A DNA stretch of 64,000 nucleotides, from NCBI RefSeq assembly GCF_001194135.2, contig NC_068981.1, positions 129,728,798 to 129,792,797 of the forward strand, written 5' to 3'. Both the position numbers and the translations under genes were made by a program. Source of the stretch: Octopus bimaculoides. Its lineage: Eukaryota. This document shows, one piece after another, positions 1 through 12,889 of the stretch. The first letter of the stretch is position 1. Each line of letters starts with the position of its first letter. The notes under the pieces were generated by a model. It ran no database searches. It was not told the origin of the DNA and saw only the letters and a list, made by a program, of their open reading frames with translations.

Positions 1-1499
1 ACACAGAACACTGATGGTACATAAGCAACAGATAAATAATGAAAAAGAAAACAGGAAAATTCCATTAATTGGATATATAGCAACATGTGCTGGAATGAAA
101 TCACCAAAAATTTTTTAATATTTCCATATTACAAATGCTCAAACTCAACCACAGAAAAACAAAGAAAGACAATTTATTATGAAATATAAACCTTGCTTGA
201 ATGGTTGATATATAATTTCTTTGACTTAAGGGTAATTAAGATACACATGCATGAGTGCACACTTATATTCACATAGTTTGGATATGTACAATATATTATT
301 AACTGATGTATGTGTGTGTGTGCAAGTAAATGTGTACGTTGTATATCTTATAAAGACTAATATTTATTAGTGGCAAAGTCAGTATTAATACCAAGAGGTA
401 ATATTTATCCTCACTTAAATATTGATGTTCTCTTAGCACAAACTCATAATATAATGAAGAAGATACTTCTACACAGAAAAATGTATACAGAATCTCTCTT
501 GGAGAATTGACCAACATGTCTGGAAATTTCCAGACCGCTGCAACAACCAATACACCAAAGGTAACCCTGACTTTTTTCAGTTGTTTAAATTAGAAGCTTC
601 ATTTATACAAGAAAGTGAGGAAAAATGTTTTGGTTCTTGTGAATCACCCATGGGAATTTATGGACAGTTTTTCTGATTAGTGGACAGCCATGATAACCTC
701 AATACCACACAAATGCTGACTATTTTCAGCTGAGTTTGGAGGTTTATTTGTGAAAGTGAAAAAGTCAGTAAATTTGTTTTGGTTCCTTTGAAGCATTGAG
801 AAATTTGAAGGATCTTTCAAACAAGATATATCAATCATACCACTTTCTTTAGTAGTAAAGAGAAAAAGACATCATACACTTCATTGAACTGTTCCTAGTA
901 ACTCAGAGAGAACAGCATCGACTACACTATTAGTTTGAAAATTAGAGAAAAAAAGCAAAATTTATGTCACTAGATAACAAAGATGCAGTTTGTGCACTGC
1001 AGAAAGGGCTATTGTATTAAAATTTTGAAACCATAACTCTATGGTTTGTTAAATACATGACCATTTTCTTTCTTTCCCTGTCTACATCCCTATTTCTATA
1101 TCTTTGCCTCTACATATATATCTCTCTTAACATCTACATTTTCCTTTACATGCTCTCTACCAATGTATGTATATCTCTCTATCTCTATTTGAGAGTCTCC
1201 CTATCTATGGTTTTCTCTTAATGTGTCTCTTATTCCCTACTAGGTCTTTACCTGTTGCAATGCTGCTGTTAAATATATTTGCTAATCATGCATATACCTT
1301 TTAATAGTAGATTGCTATGTAGTGAAAGTCTTGTTAGTTACTATGGTGACAACAGTCTCTCTCTCTCACTCTCTTTCTATCTTTCACTCTCTCTCTCTCT
1401 TTCTCTCACTATATTTTTCTCTCAACAAAAACTTTTTCTTCTCCCTTTCTAAAAATGCATTGTGATATATAATTTGATTCCTCCCTTCCTTTCCCTTCC

Positions 1500-1561
1500 T
1501 CTCATAGATGTTGTGATGGACAAACAGACAGAGATCCACTTCTCTTTTATAATATAAGATG
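1500..1561 (-). mobile_element. Possible non-autonomous Helitron 5' end fragment
   Basis: Reverse complement reads ATCTTATATTATAAAAGAGAAGTGGATCTCTGTCTGTTTGTCC, the TC-start/TATAA/CTGTC microsatellite pattern typical of Helitron 5' ends. No 3' hairpin/CTAG identified. Confidence 0.35.
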
Positions 1562-1854
1562 TCTTTCTATTACACTTTGATTTTTTCTTTCTAATGTTCT
1601 TTTACCTACTATCTCTGTCTCTTATCCTCTCTTTTTCTCCTCCTTCTCTAGGGAATGGAGAAAGGAAGATAACTGTAAGGCAATATGGCCAGATTTTTTT
1701 GGTTGGAATATTAAAATTAGAATTGAATTTAAAAACATTGCTGCATTATGTATCACATTAAATGCCATACAAGCTTTCTCTATGAGGTGAATAATAATAA
1801 TTTATATGGTTTTGTGGGTGTTCATTTTGTATTTTCTGAACAGAATATGGAGAA

Positions 1855-1887
1855 AGAGAGAAAGAGAGAGAGAGAGAAAGAGGGAGA

Positions 1888-1958
<71 letters not shown>
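1855..1958. repeat. (GA)n microsatellite
   Basis: Long AG dinucleotide run; source of the ERERER/RERERE ORFs. Confidence 0.95.
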
Positions 1959-1959
<1 letters not shown>

Positions 1960-3299
1960 CAGACAGAATACTCAAGGTTTTATATATTGATTTGTTTGGT
2001 AAGTTTTGTTTGAAACAATAAATTTCCTCAGTCTTTCAACATTTCAAGACAGTCTTAGTTTTATCTTGTGGATGAAACACTTTAAGTGTTGGTTGTTGCT
2101 GCCATTTTTATTATAAGAAAGACTCATGGGAATGATGTGTAACTGTTTCTCATTGGATGTTTAATTTTCCAACTTTGATGTTAGTTTTTCTTGTTGCTAA
2201 ATAATTTGTCAATGTTTGTTTCTAGACAGCAGTATCTCTCTTTGATGAGATTTGTGTTATACCTTGCTATTAATACACGATCCATGATCATCTCCTATAT
2301 TTCTAACACAAGCATCTGATAGTCTATATTTTACTACCTTTGTTTTATACTGTATGACATAATATGTTGCTTCTTGTTATAGAGCATGGCTAGCCAGTGT
2401 CATAGTTGCCTGTCGTAACATTTCTAGTGCATAACTATGAGATGATGTATATTGCACATTCTTGTTTGATATTAATTTCATTTTGATTTTTCCATATTTG
2501 ACTTTTAGTTTTTCTCAGTACCATTCCAGATTATACAATTATTTCTTAACTGGTTGTTATTATTTAGATCTAGGGCACCGACCTTTAATTGAACAGACCT
2601 TTAACCAAAGGTATAATGCATCTAGGGCATACATTATCCAATGTATCCTGCTAATTTTAAGACAGTAGGGTGTGATTTGAGAGAAATTTAGTTGCTATTT
2701 CTTGAGATAATACAACAGCACACAAAACACTCTCATTTGCTTGTTCTTAACTGCTCAGTTGAGTTAGTTGTAACTATTCACCCACAATATCTTCTTCATA
2801 TCCTTGTAGTTAAAAAAATTTTGATTTTACACTGTTAAGCCTAAACTTAGACAAAATAACGAAGAAACTTTATTGCAAAGGAAGTGGTTTGAGTACTAGT
2901 TCATCAAAAATGTTACCCGTCATGGAAAAGGAGAAATATTTATCTCTCATTCTCCCTACATATGTAATCAGAGCAGAGCATCCAAAGGTTTAGGCATTTA
3001 TTCAACAATAACTGGACAAATTAATGCAATTAGAATTGCATTGGGCTTATACACCCAAAAGCAACATTAAATAATAAGTAGGATTGATAAGGATTAATTA
3101 GGTATTATAATTATATTTTAACTGGTATGTTATTTGTTTTTTCCAGTGTCATGTTTTTCCATATATGCATCTCTCTTTTCTAGAATTGAACAAATGAATA
3201 GCTATTTTACAGTTTCATATCTTTTGTCCATGTTCCAGAAAAATGTTTAATCCTGAAAATGTGATAATTCAGTAATTTATCAATCAAAAGATACCCATC

Positions 3300-4790
3300 T
3301 GTCCACTTTGTGGAATCTTCTTATCTACCACTTTTCAGCCAGTGTGGCTCCATATGCAGTTCTCTTACAAAGAAATCTTTCTCATCTGCTACCCATTTTG
3401 TATTCAATCACATATTGTATTTAGTCAGCAAAATTTTCCTTTACATTCCACTAAAACATTCCTTTACATTCCACCAATCTTGCCACCTCTTGTCACTCCA
3501 AACCAACAAAACCATTAATTTTTACAGTATTGCTTGTATTACACTCAGACAATATACTCCAGACCTCAGAGCCAGCGCCCATCTTCAGGATTATATATTA
3601 ATCTTTGGAAATATATTACAGTTAGTTTGATCTCTAAAAAAAGAAATTTCTTTTAACTCTTCCCACTATTAACTTTAATAGCCATATTATCCGAGATCAA
3701 TGCTTTGAGACAGTATTTATCCTCAGTGCTCATTAGTACAGCTTCCTTAATACCAGATCTAGCTGAAACCTATTCTCTAACACTCACTAGTGGTCTTTCA
3801 TCCTTGACAAATTCATGGAAAATCATTGCTGCAATTGATATCAGAAAGGCTAATGAATGGGTAAGGCATGAAAATTTCCCAGCTAAACTACCTGCCTATG
3901 AATTCAGCTGACTTTAGTCTCTTGAATTAGAAGCTTCCTGTTAGACTATACCATTACAGCTGGTGTAGATGGGGCTCTATCTAATCTACACTCCATAAAC
4001 TCTGTTGTCCCCCAATGTGTGTTTCTTCCAATACTTCAACAAATTATTTGCCATCAATTCCCTTGGTGATAATATCATTCAACTCTCCTCCTCAACCTTC
4101 TGCATATAGAACGATTACGTCCTTTACACATAATCCTGTCACTACATCCATGAACAGAAACCTCAAACATTCTCCAGTGGAGACAATAATTTTGTTTCTC
4201 CAACTGCACAAAAGTACAGACACTCAGTGCAGAGATCAAGTGAACAGTCTTCCACCTCATCTTGGTAAACACAACTAAAACCCTCAAATCCACTATAAAT
4301 GCTACACTTTACAGTTACTTATGGTCTCCCTTTGTAATTTCATTTCATCCCATAGCAAACAATGTAACATAAAGACTATCCTTTTCTTCAAAGCCAGAAA
4401 ATATTTCAGCAGAAATCACTACTGACTCTCTACAAAGCCCAAATGAAATTCACTATGGAATACTGTTTCTATCTGCAATGGCATATACTAAACACATGCA
4501 TTCTAGACTGTATCCAAAACACAACCAATTGATTGATTGACAAGAACTATCTCGCCGACACACTCAATGCACTGTCTCTTCACTTTGTCTCTTCCATTAC
4601 TACCACAACAATCTATGCTCCTCAAAACTTGTTAGTACTATGCCACCTCTATTCAAGTCCTCCTCTGATTATTTAGTGTCTCCCTTTCCATTTCTTGCAT
4701 TAATTACTAATCCCATTCTTTGTTCTCCAGGGTGCTAACTTTCTAGAATTTCCTACATTTTCTTTCAGCCATTAATTTGAAGCTTTTCAA
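3300..4790 (+). mobile_element. Highly degenerate CR1-group LINE remnant (RT C-terminal region)
   Basis: Around 4400-4600 the translation gives KYFSRNH/LTLYKAQMKFTMEYCFYL..LDCIQNTTN, resembling the CR1 motif LTLYKAQVRPHMEYCSHVW..LDRIQRRA. Many stops and frameshifts. Confidence 0.55.
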
Positions 4791-4962
4791 ACTGAACATA
4801 GACCACACAAATCTGACCAGTCATAGGAGGCCTAAGAAGATCATGGGTACTGTGCCTTCTTCCTGACCCAAAATATATATAAGAAAAATCACATGTCAAT
4901 CAGATTCCAACAGCTATGTTAGCAATTGTCTCACTTTTTATTAGATCATTAGAAACTCTTCT

Positions 4963-5179
4963 AAAGTGTTGAGCTGGCAGAAACGTTAGTGCGCTGGGCA
5001 AAATGCTTAGCGGTATTTCGTCTGTCTTTGCGTTCATTGTTCAAATTCCGCCAAGGTCGACTTTGCCTTTCATCCTTTCAGAGTCGATAAATTAAGTACC
5101 AGCTGCATACTGGGGTCGATCTAATCGACTGGCTCCTTCCCCCAAAATTTTAGGCCTTGTGCCTAGAGTAGAAAAGATT
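4963..5179 (+). mobile_element. tRNA-derived SINE (family A) with 15-bp TSD
   Basis: GAGCTGGCAGAAACGTTAG head, GTTCAAATTCC B-box and GATTATT tail, flanked by the direct repeat ATTAGAAACTCTTCT (4948-4962 and 5180-5194). Confidence 0.85.
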
Positions 5180-6090
5180 ATTAGAAACTCTTCTGACTGG
5201 AGATAGTTAACTGATAGATTTACTTGAATCTAGATGTTAACAATCTGTATTCTAAGCAATTTTCGCATTTTCTAATGATTCTGGCTGCTTTAGTATCATT
5301 TTTCCAAACACTTAACAGCCATTTTACAGTGATTGTAATGCAATCAGTTTTTCTATAGATGGATGTGGAAGTGCCATTATCTATGGATTAAATTTCACAA
5401 CTGGTTCAATGGCAATTTTCTGTCTTTCATTTTTTCTATCACTTAGATTGAATTTCAGTTTTATTTGTTTTACTTGTTTTACTATATAGTCTTTTCTTTT
5501 CATTTTTTATTTTTCCAAATTATGTTTAACAACGACTTATTTTACTTGACTATCAGCTACAGTTCAAAGCCTATGTAACCCTATATTGTCATTATATTAA
5601 TTATCATCATTATCATCTTCCTCACTATCCCACCTTCTACAGTGTCTACAGTGTTTTGTTATATATATATATCTGTTTGAGCAGTGAGATTTGCCATCTC
5701 CTTCAGTAATGTCTAGAAATACAATTTATATTGGTGTTGTTGCTAAGTCCTAGATCATAAATCAAAAGAATTTTTTTTGTACATCTCGGTAAGCATTATC
5801 TAATAATGTGGGCCTTCTTAATAAAAATAGTAGGGAGTGAGTTGAGGAAAATTTGGCTATCAAGTGCTGTATAGAAATTAATACAGTCACTTGTATGCAA
5901 AGTAAGTAAATGTATAGACTTCCATTTATGACTTGTCTGGATCTGGGAACAATTGTACTGCTGTGTGTATACATTTGGAAGATGAATGTTGTATCTGATG
6001 TGTTTTGATGTTGCAGATCAAAATTTACTTTCAAAATTTCTTCCACTTTCCTCAATTGTAACAGTTACAAACATAACGGTTGTGACCTAG

Positions 6091-6287
6091 ATCATCATCA
6101 TCATCGTTTAACGTCCGCTTTCTATGCTAGCATGGGTTGGACGATTTGACTGAGGACTGGTGAAACCGGATGGCAACACCAGGNNNNNNNNNNATTTGAC
6201 TGAGGACTGGTGAAACCGGATGGCAACACCAGGCTCCAATCTAAATTTGGCAGAGTTTCTACAGCTGGATGCCCTTCCTAACGCCAA
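6091..6287 (-). mobile_element. 5'-truncated RTE LINE 3' end
   Basis: (ATC)n tail + GTTTAACGTCCGCTTTCTATGCTAGCATGGGTTGGACG, essentially the same as the RTE 3' ends at 9887, 25120 and 48820. Contains a 10-N gap with duplicated flanks. Confidence 0.85.
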
Positions 6288-6879
6288 GATGAGGTTGTAT
6301 AATTCTGAAGCAGTCCTAAAGAAAATATCTTTTATCTTTTACTTGTTTCAGTCATTGGACCATTGGTCATGGTAAGCATGAGAGAGGTAAAAAATGAGAT
6401 AGGTGTGATACATGGTTTACTAATTGAGAGGTTAGAAATGACAGAGAGAAGATAAAATGCACTACAGCAGTAGACTTGTGGTCAGTAAAAATGTGTCAAT
6501 CAGTTAGATGGCCTTCTTTAAATGCACTGTAAAAAGTTTGTGTCTTGTAAGGATCATCAGCTGTTTCAAGCTGAAGTATTTTCTGGTTTTGAATGAAAAA
6601 TAATGTTTGGGATGAAGCAAAAGAAACAAAAGCCAGAACTCAAGGAAACTAGTGATGATTTGCATCAACAAAAATCAGTTGATAGAATTTGTAAAATAAG
6701 GTAAATATGTGCTATGGGGAGAGGTAAGGTCTGAGGTTTCAAGGCCCAGTTTGAAGAAGCAGTCTTGGCTATGTTATAGATGCTGGTTACTAACATACAT
6801 TATGTAGTAAATCAGAAAATTGAATGAATTAAAACAACACCTCTAAAATTACACCGACTTTCTAAATGACTAATTCCTA

Positions 6880-6934
<55 letters not shown>

Positions 6935-8289
6935 AGCAAAAGGTCACAATGCTATAGCTTTACTATTAAGTTTTTATGCAACAGGTGTTTGGATATTTTT
7001 CTCTTATATTCATGTTATAGTTATGTTGTTGTCACTATGAAATGCTGTCAGAGATCATTAAACATAACATTTGTAACCAATTTAAGGATTTTAATTATGT
7101 GTTGATCACATGTAGAGTGTGATGCTGTAAAGCTTCATTGATATGAGTAGTGTCTGTTTTGGTGTGTTGTTGAATGAGATTAGGTTGACATGAACCCATC
7201 TGAGAATGTTTTCAAAGCTTCTTTTCTAAGACAAATGATTAATGTGTCTCGGTTGTGTGAAGCATGATATGATACCTGTGCAGGATATGTTTGAGAGAAG
7301 TGTAGTATCATCTGAAAAGGAGTATGTGTGTTGTCACAGGTGGCAGTGAGAAGGTCAGTGATGTGCAGAAGGGATGGTGTGGAAAACATAAACTCTGAGA
7401 AATACCTGATTTCACAGAATGGAGGTTGGAGAAATCCCATATTGGCACATGTTGCAAAGGAGCAGTCTTCACAGCAATCTTCCAAATAAAAATGCATCAT
7501 GTAGCTTTCACTGCTTTTCTTCATTCTAATCAAAATCTCTCTCACTACTATTTCCACTACCATCAAAACTATCACTGTCACTATTACCATTGAAATCATT
7601 AATACAAATACTAAAACTATATACAATCGTTATTGTCTTTGTCCTCATAAATACAATGGCTATCATTATTATCACCATAATTAGCTGCATCCTTCTCATA
7701 AACATCCCCATCACATTGATAATGATTACATCTGTGAGATTCTGTGAAATTATAAACCATGTAATAAAAGCACTTTCACACTAGAGATACGGCAAACAAT
7801 AATTTCGCTGCTATTTTACTTGGAGTGCATTGGAGAAATTTAATTTCTTCTTCCAGATATATTTTCTTGTTCTTTCAATTTATCTGGACAGTTCAACCAG
7901 TTTACAACGGAATGAAATGTGTTTCTTTGCACATCAGAATTGGTTTAAGCATGAATCAATTGAATAGGATGGAATAAATACTATAAAGGAGAATAAATGA
8001 GGTATGTATTAATTTGAGAAATAGAGTAGGTATGATATCAACTATATTAAATGAATTAAGCACTAGAATGGCTTAGTTAGGCATTAGAGTTAGTTTAAAC
8101 AAAAGCAATCATGTATTTGGACAAGAAAGAAAGAGTGGGAAGGAGGAAAGAGGGAAAACAAAACTTAATAAAGAAGACATTGAATTTACATTTTCTTGTA
8201 TTTGGTATTTTACAATGGTGGACTTGCATTGTTGTTAAAGTGCTGCTTTAACTCACATGATCACATATTGAAGCTTTATTATAATAATC

Positions 8290-8332
<43 letters not shown>

Positions 8333-8535
8333 GAGTATTTTACTTGCCGCAATAAACCTACTTGGAAAATAGATATAAAGCATGTCATAATTCAATATTT
8401 AGTGTATGTCATAATTCAATATTTAATGTTAAGGAGGACATCTTATAGTAAAAATCTTATACAACAAAAGTTCATAGAAATACCTAAATTTCATCTAGCC
8501 AACTCAACGTTGGTCTAAGTCAGTGGTTCTCAAAC

Positions 8536-8598
8536 TGTGCGCTGCGGCACACTGGTGCGCTGCGGCACACTGGTGCGCTGCAGCACACTGGTGCGCTG
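8536..8598 (+). repeat. 19-bp tandem repeat (about 3 copies) in hAT 5' subterminal region
   Basis: GTGCGCTGCGGCACACTG(G) repeated three times just inside the left TIR. Confidence 0.85.
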
Positions 8599-9217
8599 CA
8601 AGATGTAACTAGGTGCGCCTTGAAAAAGAAAGATTTCATTTCAAAATATGAAAAATACAAACCAAAATTCTCTAGTAAGTTAATATATAAATGTCAAATT
8701 GGCAAAAAAACTAAACACTAATTTCGCAACTAAGAATGAGAGGTGATTGTGTCATTCAATTCATTTAGGCTAATTATGATATGATACTGTAATTCGATTT
8801 TGAATCTGAAATTTCATAAGGATAAGAATTAAATTAGCATCAATCTATCGTCAAAATTGACATCTTATGAACACATTCAGTGCACGACTATGTTTCAGTT
8901 TATTTCAGTCATAGCCTCAGCAGTTTTCATTTCAATAATAAACTATTGAACTAAAATATACGATGTTGAACTAAATCTTTTAGTACATCCTCCAGTATTG
9001 TGGCTGTATTTCAATTTTTTTCATTCATACAGTGACAAGCATTTTCATCTTTTTGCAATTAGTTTTGAAAGACTTCTCAAAAGTGTCTGATAATATGTGA
9101 TACGCTGCCACTTTTCACAGCTCACTGGTCACTTGTTGCAGTCTCAGTTTGACTCTGTTAGTCATCTATGCTCTTTGTGCAAGACAATTCATATTAACAG
9201 ACTAAATTATCCATAAA

Positions 9218-11409
9218 ATGGAAAAGTTTATTAAGAGGAAACATAACTGTGATGATTATGAATCTGAAAGTGAACGTTGATCAAAAGCAACTAAGTGTAG
9301 TGATAATAATGCGAAAGCTCAACCCAGTCATAAATATTGCAATAGCTATTTAAAGTTTGGATTTCATTGGACTGGCAATGAGGATCAACCTCTTCCACTG
9401 TGGTAAAAGATGTCTAATGAAGGCATGTTGCCCAGCAAGTTGAAAAGACATTTTACTACTAAACACTCACATCTTCAATGTAAAGATCTGAATTATTTCC
9501 AAAGACTGCTAGAACAGCAATCTAAACAAAGAAATTATTTTGAAAAAAGGATGAATGCTTCTGAAAAGGCTCAAGTCGCATCTATTGAGATAGCCGAAAT
9601 GATTGTACTACAAATGAAATTGCATATTTTAGTTTAGTTGATTATCTTACCTGCTTGAAGAAAGATGGTTAAAACCATGTTAGATGATGAAGCCGAGCAA
9701 GAAATAAGCAAGATTCTGCTCTCAAATAATACAATCCATAGGCAAATTATGGATTTATCTGCTGATATAGAGGAAAATGTACAGAACAAATTTCAGGACT
9801 CAGAATTTACTCTACAGGTTGGCGAATCAACTGACATTAGTAACAAAGCACAATTAATTACATTTATATGCTTTATTGATGGTAACATCATCATCATCAT
9901 CATCATCGTTTAACATCCGCTTTCCATGCTAGCATGGGTTGGACGATTTGACTGAGGACTGGTGAACTGGATGGCTACACCAGGCTCCAATCTGATTTGG
10001 CAGAGTTTCTACAGCTGGATGCCCTTCCTAATGCCAACCACTCCGAGAGTGTAGTGGGTGCTTTTACGTGCCTCCGATACGAAGGCCAGTCAGGTGGTAC
10101 TGGCAATGGCCACGCTCAAAATGGTGTATTTTACGTGCCACCTGCACAGGAGCCAGTCCAGTGGCACTGGCACGATCTCGCTTGAATGTCTTTACACGTG
10201 CCACTGGCACAAGTGCCAGGAAGGTGACGCTGGGCACCAAATCATAAATCAGTTCTGTTGTTGCGAAGAAATGCCACTCACTTCAAGAGGTCAAGATATT
10301 TTTGACATTTTATCTGCCTACCTTGTAAAACGGAATTTATCCCGGAATTCATGTGTTGGAATATGTACCTATGGGGAACCATCTATGATAGGCTCTATTA
10401 AAGGTTTTGTATTGCTCATGCAACAGCAAAATCCTAATGTTATATGTTCTCATTGCTTTCTACATAGGGAGGTACTAGTTTCAAAAACAATACCAGTTGA
10501 GTTAAAACAAGTATTATACAAAGTTGTTGAAATGGTTAATTATATTCAAAGTAGGTCATTGAAGTATTGTTTATTTGAACAAATTTGTGTTGATATGGAT
10601 TCCCAGCACAAGCACTTACTTTTACACACAAAAGTCAAACAGCTTTCAAAAGGTAAGGTGCTACATTGCATATATGAACTCCAGAAGGAATTGCATACAT
10701 TTTTAAAGAAAAACATGAACACTTAGAATGTTTACAATGTGAATTTTGGGGTTCCAAGTTGGAATATTTAACAGAGATATTTGCACAACTTAATAGTGTC
10801 AACACAAGTATGCAAGGTAGAGATGAAAACTTTCTCACTTTGACAGATCAGCTGGTTTCATTTAAAATGAAAGTTGTAATTTGGAAAAATAGAGTTGAAG
10901 GTGGTAACTTGGAAATGTTTCCCTTAATACGTAAAAGGTGCATAAAAAAATGACTCCTATTGTATTTGAACATTTGACAAATCTGGAAGAAAAAAATAAA
11001 CTTTTATTTTCTGTCATTGAACACAGAAGAGTATGATTGGGTTCAGAATCCCTTCATAAAAATTCCATCTAATATTGATCTGAAAATATGTGAAGAAGAG
11101 GAATTGGCATTTATGTCCAGTGATCACAGACTTAAAATCAAGTATGCTGAGTTACCTATTGATACATTTTGGAATACTATTATAGGAGAATACCCCCTCA
11201 GTAGTAAAAAAAAAAGCTCCATCTATTTTGATGCAGTTTTCCACATCGTATTTATGTGAGTTGGGATTTTCAATCCTCAATAACATCAAATCCAAAAAAG
11301 AAAGAGGCTCTGTTGCATCAAAGAAACAATGAGGATTTGTCTTTCTCAAATACATCCCAATATTGAAAACATTTCCAAAAAACATCAAGCACATGTTTCT
11401 CATGGGTAA
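9218..11409 (+). pseudogene. Buster-type hAT transposase pseudogene (frameshifts, stops, RTE insertion)
   Basis: MEKFIKRK..YLKFGFHWTGNEDQPLPL, SNEGMLPSKLKRHFTTKH (BED-finger region), LSNNTIHRQIMDLSADIE, LQVGESTDISNKAQL, CTYGEPSMIG, HCFLHREVLVSK, YLTEIFAQLNSVNTSMQG, ending KKHQAHVSHG* at 11409. Confidence 0.92.
9887..10237 (-). mobile_element. RTE LINE 3' fragment inserted into the hAT transposase
   Basis: (ATC)n tail at 9887. Sequence matches the RTE 3' UTR at 63860-63960. Removing it restores FIDGN-QIINQFCCCEE. Confidence 0.9.
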
Positions 11410-11922
11410 CTTTGCTTCAAATATTGAATAAAGAGTGAGTACATGCAATTTTTCTGTATCTTTAATTATCTGTATATCACTTTATAGTTTATGTAGAAAA
11501 GCTCTTTTGAATAAATTTTAGAATTTATGTACAAAGTGTGCCAAAATATTTTAACTTCTTGTAAGGTGTGCCGTGAGTAAAAAAAGTTTGGGAACCACTG
11601 GTCTGAGCTAAATAACTAAATGTCTTTTCAGCCAGTGTGTATTTCTGGTTTTATGACATTCTCTAGATGAAATCTAAACCTAATTTGGATTAAATCTTAG
11701 TCTGTTACAAGTAACATTCCCAGATGATCTACTATCAGCTCCTGACAGCTAGGAGAACTATAGAATAAAGTTTATTGTCCGGAAAAACAATAAAATGCTA
11801 CAACTAGATTTGAACTCATGGCATAGTTGTCAAATACCTTGTCTACTCAGTTATTTTATCATTATATATTAGAACAGTTGAATAAGTCTGTAAATTTAAT
11901 CATTCACAAGACTGAAAGAAGC

Positions 11923-11974
<52 letters not shown>

Positions 11975-11980
<6 letters not shown>

Positions 11981-12128
11981 GCTTCTTTCAGTCTCCGTCT
12001 ACCAAATCCAGTTACAAGGATTTGGTCTGCCCAAAGCTATAGTAGAAGACACTTGCCCAAGGTGCCACACTGTGGGACTGAACCTGAACCATGTGGTTGG
12101 GAAGCAAGCTTCTTACCACACAGCCATG
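11975..12128 (-). mobile_element. tRNA-derived SINE (family B)
   Basis: Reverse complement is GGCTGTGTGGTAAGAAGCTTGCTTCCCAACC..CTTGGGCAAGTGTCTTCTACTATAGC..ACTGAAAGAAGCCCATCA(TA)n; same family at 12595, 19200, 43930 and 44700. Confidence 0.85.
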
Positions 12129-12200
12129 CATGATTAATTCAAAACAATGTGAATAAAGGACCATTACATTTGACAGAGTTATATGAATGTTAAAGGGCTA
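12126..12200 (+). mobile_element. 3' end fragment of a TTAA/CCC-type (piggyBac-like) MITE
   Basis: Ends AATGTTAAAGGGCTAA, the inverse of the 5' end TTAACCCTTTAGCATT at 51778. Shares ATGCATGATTAATTCAAAACAATGTGAATAAA with 51930-51963. Confidence 0.6.
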
Positions 12201-12594
12201 AAGTGGAGTACTAATCGTGAATATGTGACTTTGACTCATGTGTTTGGTCATGGAGTTTACATCTTAATCTGCAATGCTAGTAGTGGTTAGTCATGAAGTC
12301 CCTAACATTTATGGTAAGATCTCACATATGTAATACAGAGATTGCAAAATCTTCAATTAACTATGCAATTAGTAGAACAAAAACTTCCTCCATAGATACA
12401 TAGAATAAAGAATGCTACCTCAAGACATCCCTCCCCCATTATATTTATAATAAGCATCATGTTCTCTCTATTTCCATAAATATTGAACACACTTAGTCTT
12501 GCCAACTAAGGAAAATATATTTCATTGAGAAAGTCTAAAACTGAAATACATCTATTATTTTCACTATTTGGTTTTAAAAGTCAGATCTATATAA

Positions 12595-12755
12595 GCATGG
12601 CTGTGTGATTAAGAAGTTTGCTTCTCAGCCATGTGTTTTTGGGTTCAGTCTCACTGCGCAGCATCATATATAAGTATCTTCTACTAGCCCTGGGCCATCA
12701 AAGCCTTGTGAGTGGATTTGGTAAACAGAAACTGAAAGAAATTCTATGATGTGTA
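12595..12755 (+). mobile_element. tRNA-derived SINE (family B)
   Basis: GGCTGTGTGATTAAGAAGTTTGCTTCTC..GGGTTCAGTC..GCCTTGTGAGTGGATTTGGTAAACAGAAACTGAAAGAA followed by a TA-rich tail. Confidence 0.8.
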
Positions 12756-12889
12756 TGTGTATATATATATGTATATATATATATATCATGCTCACTCGCC
12801 GTGAAGTTTCTCTCAGGTGGTCTACCTTATCTTGCATGTCTTCCAGGTGATGTGACAGTTACTCAAATTTATCCCCATTGCATATATAA

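Larger units (their letters stand above)
8521..11600 (+). mobile_element. Full-length hAT DNA transposon, Buster/Charlie (ZBED5/ZBED8-like) group, defective
   Basis: TIRs CAGTGGTTCTCAAACT (8521) and AGTTTGGGAACCACTG (ends 11600), 15/16 match. 8-bp flanks GTCTAAGT / GTCTGAGC (6/8; central TA typical of Buster). Encloses a transposase pseudogene. Confidence 0.93.

Noticed and set aside
534-560. Possible 27-nt microexon (TTTCCAG|...AAG|GTAACC)
   Set aside because: The splice-like dinucleotides are present, but the polypyrimidine tract is weak, no partner exons are found and the peptide is unrecognisable.
6144-6233. Exact direct repeats flanking 10-N gaps (6184-6193, 29989-29998, 59021-59030)
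   Set aside because: Identical overlaps on both sides of a fixed 10-N spacer are a scaffolding artefact, not biological duplications.
8536-8598. CRISPR-like or iteron repeats
   Set aside because: These are contiguous tandem units without unique spacers, in eukaryotic context inside a hAT end.
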